A DNA stretch of 64,000 nucleotides. Origin: Squalus acanthias (lineage: Eukaryota). The translations under genes were made by a program, and so were the position numbers. Shown piece by piece: positions 45,802-59,074 of the stretch. The notes under the pieces are model-generated. The model saw only the letters and a list, made by a program, of their open reading frames with translations. It was not told where the DNA came from and ran no database searches. The stretch covers positions 122,080,001 through 122,144,000 of the forward strand of contig CM059432.1 of assembly GCA_030390025.1 (NCBI GenBank), written 5' to 3'. The first letter of the stretch is position 1, and every line of letters starts with the position of its first letter.

Positions 45802-48492
45802 TAATGTGGCTGCAGCAAGGCTGGCAGAAGGCTGCTGAATGTTGGATCCAGAGACTGCAGATGGCCTTGAAGGATGCCCTCGACTAGCTCTGGGCCTGGA
45901 GGGCACGGCTGCAGACTGCACCAACTCTACATGGGCGGCAGCAGTCTGGGCTGGCTGGGTTACAGGCTGTGGCAAATGCAATGGCAGAGTGGCAGTGGTG
46001 GGAGCAGGAATGTTGTAATCCTGAGAGAGGACAGCACCTTCCTGCTCGACCTACACACTGCCACTCCCCTGGGGCAGAACCACAGCATCCGGAGCAATCT
46101 GCTTGAGCACAGATTGCTGGCCTGCTGCGGCACCGTGAGACCTCGGTGGACAGTGGGCAACCGAGCGACGATGGCAGCAGTCAGTGCTTGCGTGGCATCA
46201 ATCTGAGACTGCATCAGAGCAGTCTGAGATTGGATGGCACCAACCAATGACTCAATTCCAGCAATAAGCCGTTGCGTTGCCTCAGCCTGTGCTGCAATAG
46301 ATGTTGCCACTTCACCCATTACACGCGGCATGGGGTCATTGTCCCCACAGTCTCTCTGCAAGGCAACCATCCTCTGCAACGAGGCAAGGATGGGTTCGAG
46401 GGTTTGTGCACAGATGACAGCTGTGCTGGCGGCGGACTCCTCCACGCTCCTAGACAGTGCATCCATGCTCTCAGGCACCTTTGCTATTGCACCCAATAGC
46501 TCAGTGCGCATGCTCATCGCCTGAGTATTCGTCGCCGCAATATCGAGGTCCTCATCTGAGTCCTGATGGACCTCCTGTATAAGAACTGGAAGGCGCCAGT
46601 ATGTATGAGTACTAGGTAATTGACATCACCTGAGTTTGAGTAGCGCTCTGAGGTAGCGCCCCATTCCCCGACGTTAGCGCCCTAAGAGAAGTGTGTAGCG
46701 CTTGATTTAGCGCTACAATCACCTCCAGGGGCGCTGGAGACTAATTTCCCAGTGGGCGGCGATAATTTGCGCCAGGCGCTAAATTTTGCGCCCAGCCAAT
46801 ATTAGCGCCCCAAACTGGTCAATACCGAATTTTTCCCCTTTAAAGTTTTAACATTTCACCCGACCCCAACATACCTGTTTTTGGGGGTTAAGATTCAGCC
46901 CAACAAAACTCAGTGAAAGCGCTCATCTCAGATCAGCTGAGCAAAGAGTATCCAAGGAACAGACCAGCCTAAGGGAAATTATCTGAAGCCTAAAGTAAGG
47001 TGGGTGATTGATCTGCCCTGAAAAGTAACTATTGCAATTAAAATAGATATTTGAACTTTAAGGAACTTGAAAGTTTGACTAAGCTGAAGATGACAGCTTC
47101 AGTAATCAAGATGATATCTTGGGCATTATAGCTAGTAACAAGTAATAAACCTGAGAAAATGAAAAGCTGCTGAGTCTCCGGAGATTGGAACAGAGCCGTA
47201 AGGAAAAGTCAGTATCTTATGCCTACTAGTGAGGAATTATTGCTAGAATTTTGCTGAGCATACATCTTCAGTAAGTTTGGGCTGTAAAAGGAGTATTTTG
47301 GAATACAGAACTGCTACAATTTTTGGGAAGTGCAGACGTTTGTGTATGTCCTTTGTCAACCAGGAGTAATTCTCAGCAGATGGCATCCTGGTATGTGACA
47401 AAGGTGCCAAAGCACCTTCCCTATGGTGGCCCTGGAATGTGGCGGTAAGTGTGGCAGACAGGAAGGAAATTCTGGGACCCTGGGAAGTGCTAGTAATGAC
47501 AGTGCTCCCTCAATAGAGAGAATGGGGCTTGTAGCGGCTTCCTCACCCTCCATTCAAGACCCCACTTACTTTCTTGTGCAGGCCTCGGCCTCCTCTTCTT
47601 CGGGGCACCTCTGCTCCCTTTAACTGTCCAGCTACCTCTTCTGTGAAATCTGCAGCACCACTGGGCTATCACAGCCGGGCTCCATCTTCGCAGCGGGTAT
47701 GCAGCCGAGAGCCCACTGAAAAGGAAACTGGGTCAGGGATCCAGCATTGTTAGAGGGACGGGCGGAAGTCCTGTCCCATTGGAACATTATCACTCGAAGG
47801 ATGAGCCCAACCCAGATCCTATGAAGTTCTTACAGAAGGTGGACAAGTGTTAAGCAGAAATCATCACTGGCTGCAAAATAAGCTCTCCTCCTATACATGA
47901 TGAATTCAAGCTCAGACACATGCATCTCAAAAAGCACAAACACAGCAAGACAGGAGTGAAGAACTAATACAGAGAGAACGGGATACCTGCTCCAGAATCA
48001 AAGGGAACGGCAACAAGATCTCGAGGGACAGTTATGACTTATGAGATCAGCTCATCTTTTAGTTTTGTTATTTCGTGATTTGGTGTTTATTTAAAATGCT
48101 TACTTAATTCAGTTTAAGCTGAGTGCATAGGATACTTCAGTACAGAATAATAGTTCGCAAATCACAAGATCTGTGGATGAGCAAGGCTATTTGGCCCATC
48201 TTAATTCATCTATCCAGACAGCCCTACACTGCCCCCATTGCAGCATCTAGTGGTTTTGTGAATGATTCCAAGCTTTTCACCTCCACCAATCTGCCCAGAA
48301 GTCTTGATTACTCTCTGCGTGAAGAAGAACCCTCCTGATATCAGTCCTAAATTACCTTTTACTAGTTTGATCCTGTGTCCCCTTTACCTATTCACATAGT
48401 TTAATTTAAACTAACCTTTTCCATAACATTTACTATCTTATATACCTCTATTAGATTACCTTTCAGATGCCTGTTTATCAGGGAAAAGGCCA

Positions 48493-49560
48493 GCGGCTAG
48501 AAATTCATCTACTTACTGCCACTCCATATCACCATGAAGTGGTAATAAAATGGCAGCCGACAAATTCCTCTCCCCCTTTGCGCTGCCGGTAACTGGCAGC
48601 GCACTGAAAAAAGAAATGGTGGTGTGGTGACGTCAACCGGGATATCCAGGATGGAATCATCCACCTGCGGTCCCAGTAACCACAACCCCAATTCCCCTTT
48701 CAACATTAGTCCCACACCTTACCTTCCCTCTGTTACTGACCATCACAGCATCCTCTTGGCCACAATGCTTAAATAAAAGCCACCACAAAGCAAACTTTCC
48801 AATCCAACTTTATACGTCTATCCATCCAACGTGACATCAAGAAATCAACTCATTGCCCTTATGCATTCTCTTAGTGACTGTCTTATGTGTGCCTTTGTCT
48901 ATCCTACTGATGTCATGCAGTGCTACCCCAGTGGCTGTAGCATGGCTGGTGGAAGGCTGCTGACTTTCAGTGGTGGACACTGCAGATGGTCTTGCTGGTT
49001 GACACTGAGGAATGGTGGCTGGGAGTGTGAAATCAATCTTCTTCTGTTCTTGTTCTTCTTCACTCTCCTCTCCCTCTTCTTAGTTACCTGCTGGCTGGGC
49101 AGGCTGCACTTCTTGGGTGTGTGAATTGAGGAAGGCACAAGGGTGGAGTTGTGGTGACGAGAGGGCGGGAAAGCATTAAATGCATGTCAGAAGGATGATA
49201 ACATATGAGGATACCAGCATCTTGTGTCCTTTCAGCCCCGCCGCTGGCCAAGGGCTCAGCCACGCCCCTGCCAAGAATGGCCTGCACCGTCACCTCCAAG
49301 GGGGTGAGGTGAGGTTAGGAATGGGAGATGTGCCTCGTGATTGGTGCAGATTGTTGGTAGGTGAGTGATTGGGGGCCGTGCATTGAGCAGTGTGTGAGGC
49401 TAGTGGTGCAGTTGGTAGGAGATGGCTTTAGAAGATGCATTCATTGACCTTGACCAGTGGTCTGAGGTCATGAAGCTTCTTTGGGCACTGGAGCCAGGTG
49501 GTGGGGGTGACACTGCAGGCAGTGATGGCCTCGATGATGTACTTCCATTCCTTCTTTCTG
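48493..49560 (-). mobile_element. Deleted Harbinger derivative (Myb-gene fragments)
   Basis: GCGGCTAGAAATTC end as at 12852; 48917-48990 matches the Myb-gene 3' end; WLQCPKKLHDL remnant near 49465-49500. Confidence 0.65.
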
Positions 49561-50089
49561 GCTCAGGGGAAAAAACACTTTTCAAAACGGGCGCAATTTT
49601 GGAAGTAATTTGCACTATTTACGCCGATTGCACGCAAAGCGGAAACTCTACCCCAATGTCTTAGCAATATAACTTTATAGTGACGTAAACTGCTTTCTAA
49701 CCTTTACATTGCCAGTAGGTCCAGTGTTTACTTCTCTGGGCCTTTGTCAGGAAGAAGTCAGAAGCTGTGTTTCCAAACCAGATTGTGTGTCATTGCTGGT
49801 TTAGGCACTGCTTTCAACTCTCAGAATGACTAATTACACATCCAGGTAATTGCTCAGCCTACATGCTAGATGGTGTTGTTCTAGAAATCTAGAAATTTCT
49901 GACCATTACTGCTCTTATAAGATCACATATGTTTACACTAAATGCCTCTGTATGCTATTTTAACATAGGCGTTGCTGCAAACCTTTTCTTTTTTATGTTA
50001 ATCTTTGTTTTTCAAGACTTCAGCTTTACTGAGTCAAACTCTTTTGTTGAGCGTGAGGTCTGAGCGATTCGGAAAGGCAGGAGAGACTT

Positions 50090-51257
50090 GGGGGGAAAAA
50101 AATTAGGGTTCGCCAGCAAAGAGTTAACAGCCGCTGACAATGGCCGCAACGCTAACTGAGCAAAATTCGTCTGCAGAGGCTGGAGGTTGTTGGCGCAGTG
50201 CTTACCTTCCATGCAATGCCATTCTGGTGGCGTTGCTGGAGGCATCCGAGACAAAGGTTGTATCCAGGAGTGGCATTAGAGCTTCGCACAGCCTCTGGAA
50301 GCGAGGCTGTGGTGTTCGCAAGGAATTGTGGGTAATGAAGAGGTCTGAGAATTAAAGGGGCTGTGCATACTGAAGCAATACAAAATAAAATGAAGTGAAA
50401 CAATACAGTTTTCAGCCCATTTTGCCTTTAAAAAAATGTTTAACATTAAAAAAATTCCCAAATGGGATTATTCAGCTCTTAAAGCTGAATTCCCTTCCGC
50501 ACCTCAAAAAATGGGAAAAGTGCTTCAGCACAAAAACAAAGGCTCAGCAATCTAGGAAAGGGGCTGCCAGGGTCTCGCACACAGCACTCCAGCTTTGTGT
50601 AGGGGGTCAACACGGCAAGTGAGATCCTCTAGCCACAGGGGCCAGGAGGCGCTCCAGAAAGAAGGATGTAGGACCAGATCACCGAGGCCATCACTGCCAG
50701 CAGTGTCGCCCCCCACCCCCTGGCTCCAGTGCCCAAAGAAGCTTCATGATCTCATACCAGTGGTCAAGGTCTTCTCAGAGACCTTCCTTTACCATCTAAG
50801 GCCTTGCAAGTGTACAGCTGCACTCCCTGCACATTTAAACTTTTAACATGTATTGCACCAAGCCACTACTTCAATAAAATATTTAAAAATCCAGTCAAAA
50901 AGCTTAAATACTAACTTACCTGAAAGATGTGTGTGTCCCTTTAAGAAATGCTGACAGTGTCTCTGTCAATCTGCTGCACGCTCACTTTCCAGAGCAAGCT
51001 TAGGACCCAACACTAAATTAAGCGCAAAGGTCTAAGTTCGCACAGCGTGACATTAAGTCGCCATTGCACGCCGACTGACGCCACGCTCTCCATATTTGCA
51101 TGTCCAGTGCCAACGCTGCTATTGGCAGCACTAAGGCCCTCACCAAAATGGTGGCCGCCGAGTCCCGCACCAGAGAAGTGCGTTAGAGCAGCGGCCGCCA
51201 TTTTTTTTCAGGAAACCGCCGTTAATGCGTGGTAGTAAGGTGGGGAATTTCTAGGCC
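50090..51257. mobile_element. Deleted Harbinger derivative
   Basis: Ends GGGGGAAAAAAATT / GAATTTCTAGGCC; PWLQCPKKLHDL Myb remnant at 50718-50770. Confidence 0.6.
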
Positions 51258-51581
51258 AAAAGCTTTTAAAACATTCCTATTGGTGTCCTTGCACCCAAAA
51301 GAACCAGCTTAATTTTTAAAGCATCCTCGAAGGTCCAGAAACGAGCGCAATTAGCGGAAACTCGCCATGGCGATTAATTCAATCTGGGGGCATGGCCAGT
51401 TCTTTTGGATGGAGCCAGCTTCCAGTGCAATGTTTTTTAAACTAGTGCAAAAGATCGTGGAAACACTATTGCTGCTGGGCGTAATTTGCACTTGAAATTC
51501 CGTAATCTTTTGCACTGGTTTGGCCGATTTCGAGCGAATTGCGCTGAAAGAAGGAATGCAACCGAGCAGAAATTCCAGGCC
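51258..51581. mobile_element. MITE right-hand portion (family of 53676-54385)
   Basis: Colinear with 54082-54385 (GCAATTAGCGGAAACTC...TCCAGGCC). Confidence 0.7.
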
Positions 51582-51725
51582 ATTATCTGTAAGAACCAAC
51601 TCAGATATCATAATCTGATACTGTGAAAGGAACTTTCACTACAAAATACGCAGTCACAGTGGTACTCAAGGTTGTCCACTTAATTGCCTCTTAATAGGCA
51701 TCAGGCAACTTCATGGAACACGTAC

Positions 51726-51825
51726 TGCATTGAAGAGGATGGACAGTTTGCACCAATGTTGCCAAAAGATTGACAATATAGCTAACCTACTTAGCTCACT
51801 GGCGAGTGTTCTGTTGATTTTCAAC
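51726..51825 (-). CDS. Candidate exon D
   Basis: 100 nt, phase 2-0, tcctctcatcAG|...GCA|GTacgt; LKINRTLASELSRLAILSIFWQHWCKLSILFNA. Confidence 0.62.
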
Positions 51826-51839
51826 CTGATGAGAGGAGA

Positions 51840-52070
51840 ATCTCCGAGAGACAGAGAAAGACAGACAGACAGACAGGCAGACGCGCACACACACCCAAAG
51901 AGAACTCCAGAGACAGACAAAGGAGAACCCAAGAGTGAGCAAATGCCAGAGATAAAGATGGAGAGATCCAATGAGCAAAAGATAGGCAGACAGACAAGAG
52001 AACCCCAGGGAACAAAGCGAGAGAGAGAGAAAACAGAAAAAGAAAGCTCCAGAGAAAGGCAGATATAAAC
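51840..52070. repeat. GA/GACA-rich low-complexity tract
   Basis: (GACA)n and (GA)n runs. Confidence 0.75.
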
Positions 52071-52431
52071 AACAGGACTCCTAGAGTTACAGATGAGAAC
52101 CCCCCGAGAAAGAATTGCCTAATGTGGCAAGTAGATATGCATTTCCCATGAATCTATGCTTTATGTAAAATATTAAAAACATAACATTTCACATTTTTGT
52201 TTAAAATGGAGCCAATTTATACACAGTTTTAAAAATAGTGGGCGCAACTTTGGCATGAAAGGGAAAACTGTCAATACTGAATTGGCTTTCCCATTATATG
52301 CCCTGCATTGAAGTCAATGCGAATGAAAATGGGATGGGGTGTATAATGGGTGGCTGATCCAATACTGCCAGTTCTCCATCTCCACCAAAGTTGAAAATGA
52401 CCTCCAGTTTCCCTAAAATGGCAACTATAAG

Positions 52432-53225
52432 AGCATAAGAACATAAGAAATAGGAGCAGGAGTAGGCCATACAGCCCCTCGAGCCTGCTCCGCCATTCAA
52501 TAAGATAATAAGATCATGGCTTATCTTTGACCTCAACACCACTTTCCCACCTGATCTCCATATCCCTTGATTCCCATAGAGTCCTAAAATCTGTCTATCT
52601 CAGCCTTGAATATACTCAATGACTCAGCATCCACAGCCCTTTGGGGTAGAGAATTCCAAAGCTTCACAACCCTCTGAGTGAAGAAATTCCTCCTCATCTC
52701 AGTCTTAAATGGCCGACCCCTTATCCTGAGACTATGCCCCCTAGTTCTAGACTCTCCAGCCAGGGGAAACAACCTCTCAGCATCTACTCTGTCAATCCCC
52801 CTCAGAATCTTATATGTTTCAATGAGATCACCTTTATTCTTCTAAACTCCAGAGAATATAGACCCAATCTACGCAACCTCTCCTCATAGGTCAACCCTCA
52901 CATGCCAGGATCAACCTAGTGAATCTTTGTTGCACCTCCTCTAAGGCAAGTCTATCCAACCTTAGATAAGGAGGCCAAAACTGTGTATAGTACTCCAGGT
53001 GTGGTCTCACCAGAGCCCTGTACAATTGGAGCAAGACTTCCTTACTCTTGTACTCCAACCTCCTTGCAATAAAGGCCAACATACCTTTTGCCTTCCTAAT
53101 TGCTTGCTGTACCTGCCTGCTAACTCTCTGTGTTTCTTGTAGTAGGATACCTAAATCTCTCTGAACACCAACATTTAATAGTTTCTCACTATTTAAAATA
53201 TATTCTGTTTTCCTATTCTTCCTAC
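52432..53225 (-). mobile_element. CR1 3' fragment
   Basis: ORFs 52584-52772 and 52891-53082; CATAAGAA tail. Confidence 0.9.
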
Positions 53226-53262
53226 GAAAGTAGTAAGAAACTTATGCACAGGCAAGACTTAC

Positions 53263-53309
53263 ATATCAAGCTTTACTGTGGGCAGTTTAATAATACCAAA
53301 TGTCTGGTG
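53263..53309 (-). CDS. Candidate exon C
   Basis: 47 nt, phase 0-2, ttttaatctcAG|...AT|GTaagt; HQTFGIIKLPTVKLD(M). Confidence 0.58.
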
Positions 53310-53675
53310 CTGAGATTAAAACAATATTTCAATCTTGTGGATGTGGGGATTGCTCTCCCCAACATGGCAACATCAGAACCACTGATGTGAATTACTGAAA
53401 ACAGGAAATGTCGGAAATACAGTACATAGCAAGCAATATTCCCTCTAATATTTTTTTCGTGCACGGTCCCTTTAACTGGCTGCGCTGCCCATTCAAATAT
53501 TCGCGCATGCATGGTTTCTTCCTTTGAAAAGCCGGTGAATGGCCTGCGTGGGATCTCCAGACTAGCTTAGCAGGAACATTGACAGCAAATCTGTCAACAG
53601 ATCCCTTCATCATCATTATTTGAATTATTGGCTTGTAACATACGACTAGCCTATCTATTATCTCATACATATTAT

Positions 53676-54385
53676 GGGGTAGCAATTGCCGATTCCGGCG
53701 CAAGTTGTGCCTATAATTGCGCCCATTTTGAAAAGTGTTTTATTTCCCTGAGATTCTGCTCAAACTCATTTGCATATCGCCGAACGCAAAATCTGCCATG
53801 AACCAGCGCAATCAGGCAGCGTCTTGAAACTTAATTTCTTGTTTAATTTTGCTTTAAAAAAATTTCCTTCATGTATTTAAAAGTGGTCACTTGGTGAAGT
53901 TTGATTAAAAGAGCTGAAAATGGGTTTATCACAAAATATAAGCATTTTTAATCAACCTGTGTGAGTAACCCGATGTTAAATTACTGAAATTCACTTTTAA
54001 AAAAATATATAAAACTATTTTCTAGTTATATTGGGGTACAGTAGTCAGTCTCTTAGTAAATTAAAACAAAAGTCACGTTTGAAAGCTTTTAAAAGGTACC
54101 TTTTAGTGTCCGCGCGCTCAAAAGAAACAGTTTAATTTTTTGAGCCTCCCTGAAGGCCTGCAATTAGCGGAAACTCCCAATGGTGATTAATTCACCCTGG
54201 GGGCGTGGCCAGTTTTGTGGGTGGGGCCTGCTTCTAGCGCTTTGTTTTTAAAACTAGCGCAAAACATCGCGGAAACTCCAGTTGCGCTGAACACAGATTG
54301 TGCTTAAGATCCCCTGATTTTTTGCGCCGGTTACACCGATTTCGGCCGAATTGCTCTGAACGCAATCGAGCGGAAACTCCAGGCC
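53676..54385. mobile_element. Harbinger-like MITE
   Basis: Ends GGGGTAGCAATTG / GAAACTCCAGGCC; related pieces at 49563-49654 and 51258-51581. Confidence 0.65.
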
Positions 54386-54626
54386 GATATTTCTCTCTTT
54401 ACAACACAATGCAACAGAGACCTGGCAGCTCGGTTTTAGAGTTTATGCATATTAATAACACTGGTATTCCTAGAGCTTGCAGATTTCTTGATTTGACAGT
54501 CTGCATCATAATTAATGCCTAAACCCATTCAGTATTAAAGACATCATTTGGCATTGTTCCCAGTTGTCCTTGGTCTCTGGAAAGCAGCAGATGGGGCAGT
54601 TATTGCAGCTGTGCAGAGTGGATGCA

Positions 54627-54864
54627 AGAAAGAAAGACTTGCATTTATATAGCGCCTTTCATGACCACCAGACGTCTCAAAGCACTTTACAGCCAATGAG
54701 GTACTTTTGAAGTGGAGTCACTGTTGTAATGTGGGAAACGCGGCAGCCAATTTGCACACAGCAAAGTCCCACAGACAGCAATGTGATAATGAGCAGATAA
54801 TCTGTTTTATTTTTGTTATGTAGATTGAGGAATACATATTGGCCAGGACACCGGGGATAACTCC
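54627..54864 (-). mobile_element. SacSINE1-like SINE, 5'-truncated
   Basis: Near-identical to 11159-11395. Confidence 0.85.
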
Positions 54865-55274
54865 AGGCAGATTGAAGAAGGTGTAAGAATGGCGGGGAAT
54901 GAGTTAATCAGAGCCCAGCCCTAACCTTAACACTGAAGGCTAGGCCAATGGGCAGTTCAGTGCCACGCTATGCCCGTCTTGCAGTACAGAGTGACATTCA
55001 TATATGTGACATGGTCACACAATCAGCTAACTGCATTCTAATTTGCTCTGTAGCACAAAAGACGGCAGTTACGACTGAGAGGAATATGTTCACAGTCCAT
55101 TATGTAATTGGCCAATGTTTATATCTGATGCACTGCGGTCTCTTTGTTACAGTACAAACAAGGACCACATGACATCCTGTAGTGAGAGAGAGGGTCAGTT
55201 CATTAGGAACCTGTCTCTAAACGCACAATGAACTTGGAAGGCTGCTGCTGCCACATGTAACTGGAATTAATTAC

Positions 55275-55350
55275 CTTCTGAGTGCACCTATTTAATGGTT
55301 TCGGTAAGTTTTCTGCTGGTCTGCTGCTGCGAAGCCAAGATAATAAAGAG
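55275..55350 (-). CDS. Candidate exon B
   Basis: 76 nt, phase 2-0, ctttctttaattAG|...AAG|GTaatt; SLLSWLRSSRPAENLPKPLNRCTQK. Confidence 0.62.
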
Positions 55351-56321
55351 CTAATTAAAGAAAGTACACAGCAGACATGAAAACTGGGAACAGATGAGTA
55401 ACACTGCATATAAAAGACAAGGCTCAGGCGTGGTGCTATAGCTGCTGCTCCTGATTAGTTGTAATTCAAATAACAATATTTCGCTTCATGCTGAGGTGCT
55501 CTGGAGCAGCTTGAGCTCGCCACATAAGTGTGGGCCTCCGCTGGGAAAATCAAAAAAAACAACGCTTCTTCCTCATTTAATTCAGCCGGGGATGTTAACA
55601 CAGCCCAAGAAAAGCAGGCTGGTGTGTAGTACGTATGGTCTTTAATTTGTCAGAATAAGAGACAAATTTGAAGGAAATAGGAAAGAGCACCAATGAAGCG
55701 TTAAACTCTCTGATGGCTGTGATACAGTAAGCCTGTCATCACTGCACAGTAATTAACTGGAGGAGTTTCAGTGCTGCAGACTATGCAAACTAGGTATGTG
55801 TTCTGGCCAACAGTCTCTGATCTAATATGGAAAAGTATATTCTGATCATTTACAGCAACTTAATTTCAAGTGCCATTTGTTCAGCGCTTTCCCTACAGTA
55901 ATTGAATCATTATAAATAAATCCCAGCTCTTTATCTTTTGCATAACCTTAACAAACACACTGTTTGGAATTGCTTTTGCACTGATAAAAAAAAACAAAAT
56001 GTGGGGAAAAACTGCACATGGCCCTTAGCTGCGGAGGCCTCACATGATTTGAATATAGTCTTTCTAATTTGTGTTGTAATGAATCATAAATTGGTTTCCA
56101 TGCACTATGGGATTGCACAGTCGTAGATACTCCAGTAGTAATTCCCCCTCAGTGCAGTTGGGATGAACATTCAGATTCAGACTGAGGCAGCATCCTGCAT
56201 TGTCAAGTGTTGGACGTCTTGAATCACAAATTCCTTTAATAATGTAAGACCAAAGGATCATAGGTGCCACAGTGTGTTAGACGTTGTCCTTTTGTCTCTC
56301 AAACATGGGTATAAATCCTAC

Positions 56322-56415
56322 CCAAAGTCGATGAGTGAAAAGTGTCCTTCTGTCCTTTTACCGCAAAGGTTCCAGCTGAAATATTTTTGTGCAGCTTCAA
56401 CCCTGTTTCTCGTGC
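56322..56415 (-). CDS. Candidate exon A
   Basis: 94 nt, phase 1-2, ctgtgctctgcAG|...GG|GTagga; TRNRVEAAQKYFSWNLCGKRTEGHFSLIDF(G). Confidence 0.55.
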
Positions 56416-56916
56416 CTGCAGAGCACAGAATGAAACACCCCAGAATGTGATTCTAATTGGTATTGAATTGCCAATTTTAATCAGACCTTTTTTTTGCCTG
56501 TGTGGCCTGATAAGACTAGTGTGAAAAGTAACCAAATTCACGCTGGTGTAATAGTAGGCATTTTTTTACAATTATGGATTAAGGCCATGTTGTTGGGGAA
56601 TAGTAAAAGGACCTTTACACCGCATCAGGCTGTGCCATATACCTCCGGCCGCGATTTTGCCATAGGAGGCAGGTTGGCGTCGGGTTGACGAGTTGGTGGG
56701 TTCGGTCCCGCTGCCGGGTTCAGACGCACTGAAATAACTATTTTGACTTACCTGGGCTTATTCAGCCCACCGTGTGCTTTACCCGGCCCAATCAGTGGGT
56801 TCGGGTCTGCTGCTCACCTCTGCTGATGTCTTCGATTCAGCTGCATTTAAGGGGCCCATGCAGCCTTGTGGTGTTTCATTCACATTCTGCTGCTTCTCAA
56901 TGTTACTGATAGCGAG

Positions 56917-58806
56917 ATGACTGCTTCAAGAGCCAAGGCTTCTCCCCGATTTGATGATGACTCCCTTCATGCTCTTGTGGAGGGAGTGAGAGGGTGCAAG
57001 GAGGTTCTGTTCCCCTCCAATGGACGTAGGAAGCCTCCTCAGCAAACCAGCAGCCTGGCTGCAAATTGCTGAGGAGGTTAGCGCCCGGTCTTTGTGTTCA
57101 CGCACCTGGGTTCAGTGCAGGAAAAGGTTCAATGATCTGCTACGCTCAACAAAAGTGAGTATAACATCAAACTTACCTTCAATCTGCTTTCCATCTCTTC
57201 TCATCACCACCACTCTGCATTGTCAACCTACTCCTGCACATCCCAACTTACCCTTACATCCCTTGCACCCTTAACCATCCCTCTCTCTCTATGTACATAA
57301 TCACTCCACCATTCTACTATGCACCCTCACACTCGCTCTCACTGTTATGCAATGGCAACAACTAACAACATGCAGGGAGGGCCCTTGGTATTGGCACCTC
57401 ACTCCATCTTTGTCTCCCTCTCAGCATCTATGCTATGGATTCTCTACACTCACTTCAACATTCTCGCTCAAACTCCACTTGTGTCCCTCATTGCAGGAAA
57501 AGAGAGCCCACAATAAGAGGGAGAGGGGGAGGACAGGAGGAGGGCCACCTTCGATTGCCCACTTGACCATCGCTGAGGAGGCTGCTCTCGACATCGTCGG
57601 AGGTGCAGAGGAGCTGGAAGTGGGGTACAGAGAGATGGGCGCAGTAGAGCAAGCTGGTGACAGAATAGATTTGCAATCCTCTCATTTAGATTTCATGAGT
57701 GACTGATATGGCATCTGATGTTCATACCGATTGAGTTCTGATCATCTGCACAATGGGATGTGTCTGCTACGTTAATATCACATGTCTAACTCATGCCTTT
57801 ACTCCTCCACAGGACCATCGAGAGCCCCCCTCCCTACTGTACAGGAGGAAGAGCTGGAAGACTCCTCAGAGGAACCTGTAGCCTCTGAGGGAGCAGCATA
57901 ATCAGAAATGAGCGCACCCAGCACCAGCGCAGAGACGCACACCTCGGTGGGTCATTCGCAAGATAGATTAGTGTTGTCACCTGGTGTTTCACAGCTAACA
58001 AGTGAGCATCAGCAGATGGTGGAGACAGGGACAGCAGTGGAGAGTCCTCGTCGGAGGCCGCAGGGCGCTCCTAGCTCTGCTCAGCTGCATGTGGACGCTG
58101 TGCCTCTGGGGCCATCCAGAAAGGGAGTGGTGCTGGAACTTCAGGAACAAGTGCAGGAGGCTCTGACATGGTTTGCCACCACTGTAACTGTGAGTGTGCA
58201 GGGAATGGAGGAGTCCATCTCAAACACGAGCAATGCGGTGGTGCACGCAATGGTGAATGTAGGTGCCACCATGGAAAGGATGGCAACCTCCATGGAGGAC
58301 ATAAATCAACAGACTCAAATGAACATAGTAACTCTTCTAAATAGATGGTCTGCTATGGAGGATAGATGGGCATCTATTGAGGAGAGACACCAGAGGTACA
58401 TGGATGTCCCCTGTTATGAGGACTGTCAGTACAGAGACAGGTCCTCATGGCCCCACTGATGTGCAGCAAGGTGCTCTCCAGCTACTTGCTAGCAGTGAAG
58501 TGCGGGTGACCCATGAGAGGGATGTTGGTGGTCGACAACAAGGAAGTGTGGGCTCCTCTCCAAGCGCTCACACTACCATGCCACTGCAGAGCCCTCGGTC
58601 AGAGCCCCAGATTCCTCACCCAACTGAGATGGTTGTCTCAGCCCCTGCACAGCTGCAGGAGGAGCAGACTGTGGAGGAGCCCTAACCCAGAGGACGCCCG
58701 CCAAAGGCGTCTAAGCAGGCGCAGCATGAAAGTGAGCAAGCTTCCTCTACATCTGATGAAGCCACAGGGGAAGCACCACGTAGAAGCACGCGTAATAGAA
58801 AGTTAA
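56917..58806 (+). pseudogene. Harbinger Myb/SANT gene of H7 (exons 56917-57154, 57497-57656, 57813-58806)
   Basis: SPRFDDDSL, RTWVQCRKRFNDL, EKRAHNKRE..RTGGG; GT-AG sites; frameshifts and stops. Confidence 0.85.
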
Positions 58807-59074
58807 CACACAAATAGTTACAAGGGTAGTCACTTGAGTGTTTTGATCTAATACAAAGTTACGTTTCTCATTGTTATTTCAATTGTATTAAAGAAAAGCG
58901 ATGGCAAAGATTCAAAGAGTTGGCCTATGTGTGCTCAGGGCGCCTTTCATCTGTAATGATGGTGGTGAGAGTGATAGGAAATCACAGTTTATTGTACAGA
59001 TGCTGTATGGTGTGTTAAGAAGGTCAGCCAGACATTCATTTCCATGTGCCAGGCACATGTGTTTGCTGCATAAA

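Larger units (their letters stand above)
43497..46838. mobile_element. PIF/Harbinger transposon H5 (left TIR and Myb exons 1-2 deleted)
   Basis: Transposase on +; last Myb-gene exon on - (45420-46580); right end GAATTTTTCCCC; ends resemble MITE 19126-19885. Confidence 0.85.
41172..46901. mobile_element. G-rich Harbinger-like MITE hosting the RTE and H5 insertions
   Basis: TIRs GGCCCCGATCTTGAC / GTTAAGATTCAGCCC; 3-bp TSD AAC (41169-41171, 46902-46904); pieces match 10889-12237. Confidence 0.75.

Noticed and set aside
47567..47716. Strong AG/GTAAGT-bounded segment on the minus strand
   Set aside because: The only open frame is phase 2-1, incompatible with neighbouring exons, and the peptide is unrecognisable; may be part of an old repeat
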